The notes beneath the pieces are model-generated. The model was not told the DNA's origin. It ran no database searches and was given only the letters and a program-made list of their open reading frames with translations. Positions 37,359 to 48,248 of a DNA stretch of 64,000 bases are shown piece after piece; position 1 is the first letter of the stretch; every line of letters begins with the position of its first letter. The translations under genes were made by a program, and so were the position numbers. Origin of the DNA: Bacteroidales bacterium (lineage in GTDB: Bacteria; Bacteroidota; Bacteroidia; Bacteroidales; GWA2-32-17); contig JAOAFV010000010.1 in assembly GCA_026416095.1 (NCBI GenBank), forward strand, positions 22,896 through 86,895. Direction: 5' to 3'.

Positions 37359-39150
37359 AAAAAATATAAGAAATTTTTGCATAATAGCCCATATTGATCA
37401 TGGTAAAAGTACCTTAGCCGATAGATTTCTTGAGATTACAAATACTATACCACAATCAAAAATGCAAGAACAGGTACTTGACAATATGGAGCTGGAAAGA
37501 GAAAGAGGAATAACAATAAAAAGTCATGCTGTACAAATGAATTATACATATAAGAACGAGAATTATATACTTAATTTAATTGATACTCCTGGCCATGTAG
37601 ATTTTAGTTACGAAGTTTCGAGGGCAATTGCATCGTGCGAAGGGGCTTTATTGGTAGTAGATGCTACTCAAGGTATTCAAGCTCAGACTATTGCAAATCT
37701 ATATAAAGCTTTAGATCATAATCTTCATATAATTCCGGTACTTAATAAAATGGACTTACCTGCCGCCAAACCAGAAGAAGTTAAAGATCAAATAGTTGAC
37801 CTTATTGGCTGCAAAAGAGAAGACATAATCGAAGCTAGTGCTAAAACAGGTATGGGAGTTCAAACAATTATTGAGAGGATTATAGAAGTTATACCACCAC
37901 CCTCTGGTAACGAAAATGAACCGCTTCAAGCATTAATTTTCGATTCGGTTTTTAATCCGTATAGAGGTATAATTGTTTACTTTAGAATCTTTAATGGCAA
38001 AATAAAAAAAGGTGACCACGTTAAATTCGTCAATACAGGCAAAGATTACATTGTAGATGAGCTCGGCATTTTAAAATTAAACCTTGTACCTTGCGAAGAG
38101 CTGCAAGCAGGAAATGTAGGATACTTAATCTCAGGAATTAAAAACGTACAAGAAGTAAGAGTTGGTGACACTATTACTCATTACGATAATCCTTGTAAAG
38201 AATCAATTGCAGGTTTTGAAAATGTTAAACCTATGGTTTTTGCTGGTCTTTATCCTACCGATCCTTCCGATTATGATAATTTAAGATCTTCGTTAGAAAA
38301 ACTACAACTAAACGATGCTGCTTTAACCTTTGTCCCTGAATCGAGTGCTGCTCTTGGCTTTGGTTTTAGAGGAGGCTTTTTAGGTTTACTTCACATGGAA
38401 ATAGTACGTGAAAGACTTGAAAGAGAATTTAATGTAAGTGTCATAAATACAGTACCAAATGTGTCGTATAAGGTATATACAACAAAAAAAGAGATTATCG
38501 AAGTCCACAATCCTTCGGGGCTACCACATCAAACATATATAGAAAAAATAGAAGAACCTTATATACTTGCTCAAATAATTACTAAAGCCGATTTTGTTGG
38601 CCCTATACTTAAATTATGTATCGATAAAAGAGGAATATTGAAAAGCCAAACGTATCTGACAACAGATAGAGTGGAAATTATTTTCGAAATGCCCCTTGCA
38701 GAAGTAGTATTTGATTTTTACGATAAATTGAAAAGTTATTCAAGAGGTTATGCTTCGTTCGATTACCAATTTCTTGACTACAGACCTGCTAAACTGGTAA
38801 AACTTGATATATTATTGAATGGTGAACAAGTCGATGCTTTGTCTACATTAATTCATTACGATCATGCATATTCTTACGGAAGAAAAATGTGCGAAAAACT
38901 TAAAGAACTAATACCACGACAACAATTTGAAGTTGCTATACAGGCAGCTATAGGAAGCAAAATAATTGCTAGAGAAACTATAAAGCCACTTCGAAAAGAC
39001 GTTACCGCAAAATGTTATGGCGGTGATATAACGAGAAAAAGAAAATTACTTGAAAAACAAAAAAGAGGAAAGAAAAAGTTAAAACAAATTGGTACTGTTG
39101 AAGTCCCCCAAGAAGCATTCCTTGCAGTTTTAAAAATCGACAGAAGTTAA
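37345..39150 (+). CDS. lepA: translation elongation factor 4
   Basis: [28 protein letters not shown] and NKMDL GTPase motifs, plus the LepA C-terminal domain. I prefer the ATG at 37345 ([11 protein letters not shown]) over the ORF-track TTG at 37336. Confidence 0.95.
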   Translation: MSIDKKNIRNFCIIAHIDHGKSTLADRFLEITNTIPQSKMQEQVLDNMELERERGITIKSHAVQMNYTYKNENYILNLIDTPGHVDFSYEVSRAIASCEGALLVVDATQGIQAQTIANLYKALDHNLHIIPVLNKMDLPAAKPEEVKDQIVDLIGCKREDIIEASAKTGMGVQTIIERIIEVIPPPSGNENEPLQALIFDSVFNPYRGIIVYFRIFNGKIKKGDHVKFVNTGKDYIVDELGILKLNLVPCEELQAGNVGYLISGIKNVQEVRVGDTITHYDNPCKESIAGFENVKPMVFAGLYPTDPSDYDNLRSSLEKLQLNDAALTFVPESSAALGFGFRGGFLGLLHMEIVRERLEREFNVSVINTVPNVSYKVYTTKKEIIEVHNPSGLPHQTYIEKIEEPYILAQIITKADFVGPILKLCIDKRGILKSQTYLTTDRVEIIFEMPLAEVVFDFYDKLKSYSRGYASFDYQFLDYRPAKLVKLDILLNGEQVDALSTLIHYDHAYSYGRKMCEKLKELIPRQQFEVAIQAAIGSKIIARETIKPLRKDVTAKCYGGDITRKRKLLEKQKRGKKKLKQIGTVEVPQEAFLAVLKIDRS

Positions 39151-39356
39151 ATAATTTAAGCGATTAAAGACTTATTTCCTTTATCTTTTGTTGATAACTA
39201 ATCTTTGTAAATTACTCAGAGATTAAAGCCGACCCTATTTTCATTTTTATAGCAATCTACTTATTAAATTAACTAAAATTTAAGATTTCAGTAAGTTATA
39301 AACCAAATGTTGTTATTAATTTTAAAACAAATTATTTCATTTATTAATTTTATGTA

Positions 39357-39364
39357 TAATTTTG
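39357..39364 (+). promoter_or_regulatory. candidate -7 promoter box (TAATTTTG)
   Basis: TAnnTTTG match. It overlaps the ORF-track TTG start (39362), which argues for the ATG at 39380 as the real start. Confidence 0.35.
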
Positions 39365-39379
39365 CATATATATTGTTGC

Positions 39380-42300
39380 ATGATAATTTTTTTTCTAATA
39401 GTTTATCTTATAGTTTGTTTTAATGTATTCTCACAAAATCAATGGATTGATTATTCTAAACAATATTTTCGAATTCCAATTAGTAAGACTGGTATTTATA
39501 GAATAACTCGTCAATCATTAGAGCAAGCTGGATTTCCAATAAATAATATATCACCAAAAAATATTCAATTATTTGGTTACGGTAAAGAACAACCAATATA
39601 CATAAAAGGCGAAGAAGATTTAGTTTTTAATTACGACGATTACATAGAATTTTTTGGTCGAGCTAACGATGGATGGTACGATTCTTTACTTTACGAAAAT
39701 CCTCAAAATATTGTAAACCCTTATTATTCCTTAATTAACGATACTATTTACTACTTTATAACATGGAATAATTCGGTTAATAACCTTAGAGCCAAATTTG
39801 AAACCGATACAAATTATACACAACATTCTCAAAATATAATTAGTAGTGTTTATAGAACTGTAAAATACCACGACCCATCGTTATATTATTATGGCGAAAT
39901 AGGATGCTGGTATAACGAAGCCGAAGGTTGGGCTTCTTATTATTGCGACTTGTTACAACCTTTAAATATATCATTGTACACTCCTTATTTTAAAGCAGGA
40001 TTACCATGGTATTTGAATTTTTGTTGTATTAGCGTATCTAACTCACAGTACATTGGAGCTGGTAACCATCATTTAAAAGTATTATTGAATAATAATGTAA
40101 TTTTCGATTCTATTTTTAGTGGGCTTAAAAATATAAAAAAGTCTTTTACCTTTAATAGTGTGTTACAAAACAATACATATTTAACAATACAATCTGTAAA
40201 CGACTTGAATTTAAGCACCGATAAAATAGCCGTGGGTTATGTTACTATAAGATATCCATCTGAACCTAATTTTACAGGTATTAATTTTTTCGATTTTAAT
40301 GAAAATGTAGGTACTCATTCCTACTTGAAATTTTTATATCCTCAAAATCAACCTTTATTATTATGGGATTACGAAAATGGAATAAAAATATCTGTTAATT
40401 ACAATAATGGTTATTACCATGCTTTAACCAAAAATATAGGCAACATACGTCGATGTTATATTACTTCAGAAGATTCTGTTATTAATGCAGTAGTACTTAA
40501 TGGTGTTAATTATACCGATTATTTATCTTATGCCAATAAATGCAATTACATAATAATAACCAATAAGAAGCTTTACTCTTCTGCTCTTCAATATGCTAAC
40601 TATAGAAATACTACTGGCTATAATACTCTTGTATGCGATGTAGATCAATTATATGATCAATTTGCTTTTGGAATACCAAAACATCCATTAGCTATCAAAA
40701 ATTTTCTTAAATTGTTTGATAATTTTTCGTCAAATACCAAAAAGTATGTTTTATTGATAGGCAAAGGATTACGATGGGAAATAGCAAGGAAATCTCCTCA
40801 ATATTATTCTCAAATTTATGTTCCTACTTATGGTAGCCCACCATCGGATTTTTATTACATTGTGAGCGATTCTATATTGAATTATTCGATAGGTAGAATA
40901 TCGGCAACAACAAATGCCGAAGTTATTGACTATCTAAACAAAGTAATACAACATAGTACAAATACATGCTCAGAATGGAATAAATACGTTATACATTTTG
41001 GCGGTGGAACAAATACTGCCGAACAACACACAATTCAAGGTTATTTACAAACATTAAAAAATATAATTGAAGATTCATTATATGGAGCTAATGTTTTTAC
41101 TTTCCTAAAAAACACAAGTTTGCCAATTCAAACAACAATTTCCGATTCTGTAAAATCCATAATAAATAATGGTTGTAGCATAATTACTTTTTTTGGACAT
41201 GCTACTGCCGCTGGTTTTGATCAAAACATAGATTATCCTCAAAATTATAATAATTACGGAAAGTATCCTTTACTTTTTGCTAATACTTGTTTTTCGGGCG
41301 ATATTTTTCAGCCCACTAAAAGTATTTCAGAATTTTGGACACTAATTCCAAATAAGGGCTCTATTGCATTTCTCGCTTCTACCGATATCTCCTATTCTGC
41401 TTACTTATTTCTTTATGCAAAAGAATTTTATGAACAAATTGCTTTAAAAAGCTTTAACGAACCCATTGGCTCTATTATTAGAAAAACAATACGGCAATTA
41501 ACATTATACAATCATTACGACTTACAAGCTGCTACATGTTACGATTACATATACCATGGTGATCCTGCTGTTGTATTGCCCCTTAACAGAAAGCCCGATT
41601 TATTTGTTAAGTTAGCTGACATTAAATTTTATCCAGAAATTATAGAAACAGATATCGATACTTTCGAAGTAAAAGTTGTAATTACAAATAGTGGTAGTAC
41701 TGTAAATAAACCATTTGTTGTAAGATTAAAAAGAACCTACAGCGATAACACTTACGACGAATATTATCAGGTAAGAAATAAATGTTTTTTTAAAGACACT
41801 TTACTTTTTAAAATACCAGTCAATACATTAAAAGGTGCAGGTATCAATAATTTTTGTGCAACAGTCGATATAGGTAATTATATTGACGAATGTAATGAGT
41901 TAAATAACGAAACATGTTTAACGGGTACAATTTATATAAGCGATATTACGCCAATATATCCTTATGAGTTTTCAATTTATCCCTACGATACTGTAACTCT
42001 TAAAGCTTCTACTGGTAACCCTTTTGCTCCGCCATCGGTATATTTATTCGAAATAGATACAACCGATTTATTTAACAGTCCTGTAAAAAAATCGGCAGAA
42101 ATCATGCAACCAGGTGGAGTAATTAAATGGAAATTAAACTTTAATTTAAACGATTGTACTGTATACTTTTGGCGTGTATCACCCAAAAATACTATTAAAT
42201 GGAAAGAATCGTCTTTTATCTATATTCCTGGTAAACATGGTTGGTCGCAAGCTCATTTCTTTCAATACAAAAAAAATAGGTTTCAGTATTTAAACTATAA

Positions 42301-44248
42301 CAGAAATATAAGAAAGTTTGAATTTATTAATACACCTTGCTTATTAAAATGTCAAACACTTGGCGATTTTGCTGCAAGTAGTTATTTTGATTATTGGTAT
42401 TTACTTGAAGGTTACTTCGAAAAAAGTTCATGTGGTCCTGGTAACTATGTGCATGTGGTAGTTATAGATCCTTATACCATAACACCATGGTCGTCTAATA
42501 TTGAAAATTTTAACCACATTAATTATCCACTATGCCCTGGTAAAAACCGCCCCGATTATTTTTTTGTTTTTCCTACCGATAATAATTATTTAATACACCT
42601 TAAAAATTTTTTATTAAGCATTCCCGATAGTTTTTATATTCTTGTGTATAATTTTAGAAATGCTAACTTTCAAAATTGGCCCGAAGAAACTTATCAGACA
42701 TTTGAAATGTTGGGAGCTCATTACATAAGAACCGTTCCCTATCATGGAGCTTATATATTTTTTACTAAAAAAGGTAATCCTTTAACAACTAAAGAATTGA
42801 CAGGTGGTCCTTACGATACTCTTATCTTTGAACATCATTTACAAACTAACTATAAAGAAGGCTTAATGCATTCTACTTTAATTGGACCAACTCGCAAATG
42901 GCAAACATTACATTGGCGTCCGTTCGCTCTCGAATATCCTATTTCCGATACAATAAACTTACTTGTTTATGGCTATACCTTTAATATGGATAGTGCTTTA
43001 TTACTAAAATTAAATTATTCACAACAAGATATTTACAACTTACACGATTACATCAATGCAAATACTTATCCTTATTTACGTTTGTTTTTTTATTCCAATG
43101 ACGAAGTTGCTAAAACACCTTGTCAGTTGGCACGTTGGCAAATAACATACGACGAAATACCAGAAACAGCTATTAATCCGCAAAAAGGATATTATTTTTA
43201 TAAAGATACATTACAAGAAGGCGACTTTATAAAGTTTGCAGTAGCCACTGAAAATATTAGCGATTACGATATGGATAGTTTGCTCGTCAAATATTGGATA
43301 TTAGATAATACAAATACAGTCAAAAATACAATTATTAGAAGACTAAAAAAACATCCAGCTCACGACGTACTTGTAGACACCTTAAAACTTAAATTACTTG
43401 GCTTTAGTAAGCTTAATTCAATATGGTACGAAGTCAATACTATTAATCCAATTACTCAACTTTTTGATCAATTAGAAAAATATCATTTTAATAATTACGC
43501 TGTTAAATATTTTTACGTTAACACCGATAAAATAAATCCTATTCTTGATGTAGTGTTTGATGGGCGTCACATAATGAATGGTGAAATTGTTTCGGCAAAG
43601 CCAGAAATAACAATTACATTAAAAGACGAAAATAAATTTTTACCTTTAAACGATACTTCTATTTTCAAAATCTTTCTCACAAATCTGAATACAAACGTCG
43701 AAAAACAAATTTTTTTTAGTGGTGGTAATTACTTTATTCAGTTTTATCCAGCAACACTTCCAGAAAATAAATGTAAAGTAATATTTAAGCCTACTTTATC
43801 GGACGGACGCTATCGTTTAAAAGTTAATGCTTACGATATTTCCGGTAATATTAGTGGAAGCTACGATTATACTATTGAATTTGAAGTTATAAACAAGCCA
43901 TCGATTACCCACGTATTAAACTATCCTAATCCATTCAGTACCTCCACACAATTTATATTTATTCTTACAGGAAGTGAAGTCCCAGATGATTTACGAATTC
44001 AAATATTCACTATAAGCGGTAGATTGGTAAAAGAAATATCAAAAGAAGAACTTGGTAACATAAGAATTGGTATGAATATTACAGAATATAAATGGGATGG
44101 AACCGATAATTATGGCGACAAACTTGCCAATGGCGTATACTTTTATAAGGTCATTGCTCGTATTAATAATAAAGATGTTGAAATAAAAAATTCTGACGCA
44201 GATAAATTTTTTATGCATAATTTTGGAAAATTATATATCTTGCGTTGA
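39380..44248 (+). CDS. very large peptidase C25 (gingipain-like) family surface protein with CARDB-like repeats and a FlgD-Ig-like/T9SS C-terminal domain
   Basis: About 1622 aa from ATG 39380 (MIIFFLIVYLIVCFNVFSQ signal). His context ITFFGHATAAGF (His codon 41198..41200). Cys context LLFANTCFSGD (Cys codon 41288..41290). CARDB-like VVITNSGSTV...CNELNNE. C-terminus NYPNPFSTSTQFIF...IQIFTISGRLV...WDGTDNYGDKLANGVYFYK. Confidence 0.75.
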   Translation: MIIFFLIVYLIVCFNVFSQNQWIDYSKQYFRIPISKTGIYRITRQSLEQAGFPINNISPKNIQLFGYGKEQPIYIKGEEDLVFNYDDYIEFFGRANDGWYDSLLYENPQNIVNPYYSLINDTIYYFITWNNSVNNLRAKFETDTNYTQHSQNIISSVYRTVKYHDPSLYYYGEIGCWYNEAEGWASYYCDLLQPLNISLYTPYFKAGLPWYLNFCCISVSNSQYIGAGNHHLKVLLNNNVIFDSIFSGLKNIKKSFTFNSVLQNNTYLTIQSVNDLNLSTDKIAVGYVTIRYPSEPNFTGINFFDFNENVGTHSYLKFLYPQNQPLLLWDYENGIKISVNYNNGYYHALTKNIGNIRRCYITSEDSVINAVVLNGVNYTDYLSYANKCNYIIITNKKLYSSALQYANYRNTTGYNTLVCDVDQLYDQFAFGIPKHPLAIKNFLKLFDNFSSNTKKYVLLIGKGLRWEIARKSPQYYSQIYVPTYGSPPSDFYYIVSDSILNYSIGRISATTNAEVIDYLNKVIQHSTNTCSEWNKYVIHFGGGTNTAEQHTIQGYLQTLKNIIEDSLYGANVFTFLKNTSLPIQTTISDSVKSIINNGCSIITFFGHATAAGFDQNIDYPQNYNNYGKYPLLFANTCFSGDIFQPTKSISEFWTLIPNKGSIAFLASTDISYSAYLFLYAKEFYEQIALKSFNEPIGSIIRKTIRQLTLYNHYDLQAATCYDYIYHGDPAVVLPLNRKPDLFVKLADIKFYPEIIETDIDTFEVKVVITNSGSTVNKPFVVRLKRTYSDNTYDEYYQVRNKCFFKDTLLFKIPVNTLKGAGINNFCATVDIGNYIDECNELNNETCLTGTIYISDITPIYPYEFSIYPYDTVTLKASTGNPFAPPSVYLFEIDTTDLFNSPVKKSAEIMQPGGVIKWKLNFNLNDCTVYFWRVSPKNTIKWKESSFIYIPGKHGWSQAHFFQYKKNRFQYLNYNRNIRKFEFINTPCLLKCQTLGDFAASSYFDYWYLLEGYFEKSSCGPGNYVHVVVIDPYTITPWSSNIENFNHINYPLCPGKNRPDYFFVFPTDNNYLIHLKNFLLSIPDSFYILVYNFRNANFQNWPEETYQTFEMLGAHYIRTVPYHGAYIFFTKKGNPLTTKELTGGPYDTLIFEHHLQTNYKEGLMHSTLIGPTRKWQTLHWRPFALEYPISDTINLLVYGYTFNMDSALLLKLNYSQQDIYNLHDYINANTYPYLRLFFYSNDEVAKTPCQLARWQITYDEIPETAINPQKGYYFYKDTLQEGDFIKFAVATENISDYDMDSLLVKYWILDNTNTVKNTIIRRLKKHPAHDVLVDTLKLKLLGFSKLNSIWYEVNTINPITQLFDQLEKYHFNNYAVKYFYVNTDKINPILDVVFDGRHIMNGEIVSAKPEITITLKDENKFLPLNDTSIFKIFLTNLNTNVEKQIFFSGGNYFIQFYPATLPENKCKVIFKPTLSDGRYRLKVNAYDISGNISGSYDYTIEFEVINKPSITHVLNYPNPFSTSTQFIFILTGSEVPDDLRIQIFTISGRLVKEISKEELGNIRIGMNITEYKWDGTDNYGDKLANGVYFYKVIARINNKDVEIKNSDADKFFMHNFGKLYILR

Positions 44249-44251
44249 ATT

Positions 44252-44968
44252 ATGCAAAAAGATATTTTTAAATTTAAAGAATTTGAAATAATTCAAAACG
44301 ATAAAGTACATAAGATAGGTACTGATAGTATACTATTAGGGAGTTGGGCAGAAGTAGAAATAGCTAATAGAATTCTCGATGTTGGTACAGGTACAGGAGT
44401 GCTTGCACTTATGCTGGCTCAACGTTCCAATGCATTAATTACTGCAATTGACTGTGATTATAATGCTTATTACTTAGCAACGTTAAATATTAAAAATTCT
44501 AAATGGGCATCAAGAATTAAAGTAATTCATGCTTCCTTAGAGAATTTTAACACCTCCGAAATGTACGATGTTATTGTATGTAATCCGCCTTTTTACATAA
44601 ATCAGCTAAAAAGCCCTTACGAACATAGAAATAGTTCTAAGCATACCGATTTATCGTTTTATGAAAAACTATTTAAATTTTCATTTTCACATTTAATGTC
44701 AGGTGGTCATTTGAGCATAATAATACCTTTCGATATATATAATTATCTTTATAGGTTAATTGCAGAAACCGGCTTACATGTAAATACCTTTACTGTTGTA
44801 TACCCAAATCCTATAAAAAAACCTAATAGAATTTTACTAAAATGCAGTAAAGATGCTACAGGCATTACAGCCGATGAAATTATTGTTGAAAGTATCGAGA
44901 GAAATGTTTTTACTGAACAATATTACGAACTAACAAAAAAGTATCATCTAAATATAAGATATGTATAG
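44252..44968 (+). CDS. tRNA1(Val) (adenine37-N6)-methyltransferase (YfiC/TrmN6-like)
   Basis: 238 aa with FKFKEFEI.Q......IGTDSILLG, DVGTGTG and CNPPF motifs. Confidence 0.75.
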   Translation: MQKDIFKFKEFEIIQNDKVHKIGTDSILLGSWAEVEIANRILDVGTGTGVLALMLAQRSNALITAIDCDYNAYYLATLNIKNSKWASRIKVIHASLENFNTSEMYDVIVCNPPFYINQLKSPYEHRNSSKHTDLSFYEKLFKFSFSHLMSGGHLSIIIPFDIYNYLYRLIAETGLHVNTFTVVYPNPIKKPNRILLKCSKDATGITADEIIVESIERNVFTEQYYELTKKYHLNIRYV

Positions 44969-44970
44969 CT

Positions 44971-46242
44971 ATGAAAAATACACTAATAGTAAACATTAAG
45001 CAATTATTACTTGCCGATAGAAAACCTAAAAATTTTATATCGGGCAACAAAATGGACAAAATCCCTATTATAAACAACGCTTTTTTATATGTAGAAGGAA
45101 ATAGAATTAAAGATTTCGGCAAAATGGAAGAGCTTCATAAACACGAATCTCGTTTATATTCGATGGTAGACAAAATAATCGATGCAAACGATAGAGTAGT
45201 TTTACCAGGGTGGTGCGATTCACATACACATCTAGTATTTGCAGGTAGTCGCGAAAAAGAGTTTGTAGATAGAATAAAAGGATTAACATACGAGGAAATT
45301 GCTAAAAGAGGAGGTGGCATTATAAATAGCGTTTATAAATTAAGAGAAACGTCGGAAGACGAGTTGTACCAACAATCGCTTCAAAGGTTAATTGAAATAG
45401 GAAAACTTGGAACAGTTGCAGTAGAAATAAAAAGTGGTTATGGCCTCGATACCGAATCGGAATTAAAAATTTTACGTGTTATAAAACGCCTAAAAAACGA
45501 AACACCCATAAAAATTAAGTCAACATTTATGGGGGCTCATGCAATACCTCCAGAATATAAAAATAACCCCGATGAATATGTAGAACTATTAGTAAACGAA
45601 ATGATACCATTAGTAGCTTCTGAAGATCTAGCTGATTTTATTGATGTTTTTTGCGAAAATGGTTTTTTTTCAATTGAACAAACCGAACGAATACTTATGG
45701 CAGGTATTAAATATGGCTTACGCCCTAAATTGCACGCTAATCAATTGTCTCATTCGGGTGGAATAGAAATTGGTGTTAAGTACAATGCCTTATCGGTAGA
45801 TCATATAGAATACATAACAGACGAAGACATAGAATTACTTAAAAACTCAGATACCATGCCAACCGTATTACCTGGTGCTGCTTTTTTTCTGGATTTACCA
45901 CTAACCCCTACAAGAAAACTCATTGAAAACGACTTGCCTATTGCTGCCGCATCTGATTATAATCCAGGTTCTTCTCCCTCTGGAAACATGAATTTTATTG
46001 TTTCTTTACTTTGCATAAAATATAAATTAACACCATCTGAAGCAATAATAGCAACTACCCTTAACTCAGCCTATGCAATGCATGTCGAAGCCTTGCTTGG
46101 AACCATTACACCTGGCAAAATAGCTTCTTTTATTATAACAAAACCAATACCTTCGTACGAATTTATACCATATTCTTATGGTAATCATGTAATAGAAAAA
46201 GTTTTCATAAATGGCGAATTGTTTATAGACTATGAAAAGTAG
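44971..46242 (+). CDS. hutI: imidazolonepropionase
   Basis: 423 aa with PGWCDSHTHLVFAGSR, GGGI and HA.Q.. motifs of the HutI amidohydrolase family. Confidence 0.85.
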   Translation: MKNTLIVNIKQLLLADRKPKNFISGNKMDKIPIINNAFLYVEGNRIKDFGKMEELHKHESRLYSMVDKIIDANDRVVLPGWCDSHTHLVFAGSREKEFVDRIKGLTYEEIAKRGGGIINSVYKLRETSEDELYQQSLQRLIEIGKLGTVAVEIKSGYGLDTESELKILRVIKRLKNETPIKIKSTFMGAHAIPPEYKNNPDEYVELLVNEMIPLVASEDLADFIDVFCENGFFSIEQTERILMAGIKYGLRPKLHANQLSHSGGIEIGVKYNALSVDHIEYITDEDIELLKNSDTMPTVLPGAAFFLDLPLTPTRKLIENDLPIAAASDYNPGSSPSGNMNFIVSLLCIKYKLTPSEAIIATTLNSAYAMHVEALLGTITPGKIASFIITKPIPSYEFIPYSYGNHVIEKVFINGELFIDYEK

Positions 46243-47290
46243 AAAAATTTTTTTATTTGTATTTTTTTTCTTAACTTTTTTTTGTTCACTTTCGCAAAAT
46301 AATAGAAATACTAAACAAAATATTGGTGAACGAGGATACCTGAGAATTGTATCTTATAATGTAGAAAATTATTTTGATCCTTTTAACGATTCCTTAAAAA
46401 ATGATGATGAATTTACACCCGAAGGAGCACGTCATTGGACATGGGAAAAATATAAAAATAAACAGAAAAAAATATATAAAGTGCTTACAGCAATAGGGGA
46501 GTGGGAAATGCCAGAAATAGTTGGTCTTTGTGAAGTAGAAAATAGATTTGTTTTAGAAGATCTCATTAAAAGCACACCAATGAAGTGGAATAATTATGAT
46601 TTTATACATTATGAATCGCCTGATAATAGAGGCATAGATGTGGCATTATTATACAGAAAAGATAAGTTCAAAGTACTTGAATCAAAATATTATAGAATTA
46701 TATTTCCATGGGACACAACTCGCAAAACTCGAGATATTTTGTATGTAAAAGGTATAACATCTTTCGACGATACACTATTTATCTTTATGAATCATTGGCC
46801 ATCGCGACTTAGCGGACAAGCCGAAACCGAGAAAAACAGAATATTTGTAGCACGAATATTACGACAGGCAGTCGATTCAATTTTTAATTCAAATATTTTT
46901 GCGAAAATTATTATAATGGGCGATTTTAACGATGAGCCAGATAATACCAGTATTACCGAAGAACTTAAAGCATTAAAAGATATATCTATTCCATGGCAGG
47001 GACAATTATATAACTTATCGTGGGCTTTGAAAGAAAAAGGAAAAGGTTCTATTAAATTCCAAGGCCAATGGGGATTAATTGATCAAATAATTGTCTCGGG
47101 TTCGTTACTCATGAATTCAAGCAATCTTTATACAACTCCTAACGATATACATATTTTTGATGCAGATTTTCTTACCGAACCAGATGAGGCCTTTGTCGGT
47201 TTTAAACCATTTAGAACATTTATTGGTTATAAGTATAATGATGGTTTTAGCGATCATTACCCAATTTATATAGACTTACGTAGAAAATGA
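46232..47290 (+). CDS. secreted endonuclease/exonuclease/phosphatase (EEP) family protein
   Basis: 352 aa with a signal peptide. Motifs: SYNVENYFDP, GLCEVEN, GDFND, SDHYP. Confidence 0.75.
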   Translation: MKSRKIFLFVFFFLTFFCSLSQNNRNTKQNIGERGYLRIVSYNVENYFDPFNDSLKNDDEFTPEGARHWTWEKYKNKQKKIYKVLTAIGEWEMPEIVGLCEVENRFVLEDLIKSTPMKWNNYDFIHYESPDNRGIDVALLYRKDKFKVLESKYYRIIFPWDTTRKTRDILYVKGITSFDDTLFIFMNHWPSRLSGQAETEKNRIFVARILRQAVDSIFNSNIFAKIIIMGDFNDEPDNTSITEELKALKDISIPWQGQLYNLSWALKEKGKGSIKFQGQWGLIDQIIVSGSLLMNSSNLYTTPNDIHIFDADFLTEPDEAFVGFKPFRTFIGYKYNDGFSDHYPIYIDLRRK

Positions 47291-47291
47291 A

Positions 47292-47299
47292 TATTTTTG
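47292..47299 (+). promoter_or_regulatory. candidate -7 promoter box (TATTTTTG)
   Basis: TAnnTTTG match 11 nt upstream of the 47310 ATG. Confidence 0.35.
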
Positions 47300-47309
47300 C
47301 AATAGTAAT

Positions 47310-48248
47310 ATGAATGTATTAGAAATTAAAAATATAACAAAAAAATTTGAAAAAAAAATTGCTCTTGACTGTGTATCGTGTAATATTAAAGAAGGCAAAA
47401 TATTTGGATTGTTAGGTCCTAATGGTGCAGGAAAAACAACATTAATTAGAATAATAAATCAAATATTATTACCAGATCAAGGCGAAGTACTTTACAAAGG
47501 TAGAAAAATATCTCTTGACGATCTAATTAATTTTGGATACCTACCAGAAGAACGAGGTTTATACAAAAAAATGAAAGTGGGTGAACAATTACTTTACCTT
47601 TCACAGTTGAAAGGATTATCAAGGAAAGAAGCAATAAAACAAGCTAAATATTACTTCGAAAAATTCGAAATAACTACTTGGTGGGATAAAAAAGTAGAGG
47701 AACTTTCGAAAGGTATGCAACAAAAAGTTCAATTTATAGGCACCATATTACATAACCCAGAAGTAATAATACTTGACGAGCCTTTTACAGGTTTAGATCC
47801 TATAAATATTAGTATTTTTAAAAAAGAAATTTTAGAATTAAAAGCTAAAAACAAAACAATAATAATTTCAACTCATATTATGCCTTCTGTCGAAGAGTTA
47901 TGCGATGAAATTGTACTAATTAACAATTCTAAGAAAGTTCTTGAAGGAGAAGTTTACGAAATTAAAAATCGTTTTAAGGAAAATATATATGAAGTTGAAT
48001 ATAGTAAATATGCAGATACAATCACTATATCTCATAATATTAACTATAAAATAATCAACACTTATAAAACAAATAATAATACATCCATATACTTTATCAA
48101 AATTATTAATAATGATTACACCTCTGCCGATCTATTAAAAGACCTCTTAAATTCTGGAGAAATAATTCGATTTAATGAAATCTTACCTACAATGGAAGAA
48201 ATTTTTGTTAAGGTAGTTAAAGAAAATGAAGTATGTATAAGAAATTAA
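47310..48248 (+). CDS. ABC transporter ATP-binding protein (ABC-2/NatA-like)
   Basis: Walker A GLLGPNGAGKTT, signature LSKGMQQKV, Walker B IIILDEPFTGLD. Confidence 0.9.
   Translation: MNVLEIKNITKKFEKKIALDCVSCNIKEGKIFGLLGPNGAGKTTLIRIINQILLPDQGEVLYKGRKISLDDLINFGYLPEERGLYKKMKVGEQLLYLSQLKGLSRKEAIKQAKYYFEKFEITTWWDKKVEELSKGMQQKVQFIGTILHNPEVIILDEPFTGLDPINISIFKKEILELKAKNKTIIISTHIMPSVEELCDEIVLINNSKKVLEGEVYEIKNRFKENIYEVEYSKYADTITISHNINYKIINTYKTNNNTSIYFIKIINNDYTSADLLKDLLNSGEIIRFNEILPTMEEIFVKVVKENEVCIRN

Noticed and set aside
39380-44248. Calling the 1.6k-aa C25 protein the T9SS sortase PorU.
   Set aside because: It has a C25-like core and a PorU-like N-terminal feel. However, it is several hundred residues longer than the PorU proteins I know, and no porV/lptO gene is adjacent. 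Its flanks are lepA and a tRNA methyltransferase. I cannot discriminate it from generic C25 surface proteins without an HMM search, so it is left as a C25-family protein.
44971-46242. hutI present without hutH/hutU/hutG neighbours, considered as a sign of an unusual histidine-utilisation arrangement.
   Set aside because: Scattered hut genes are common. The other genes may lie elsewhere in the genome. Nothing in the sequence itself is anomalous.
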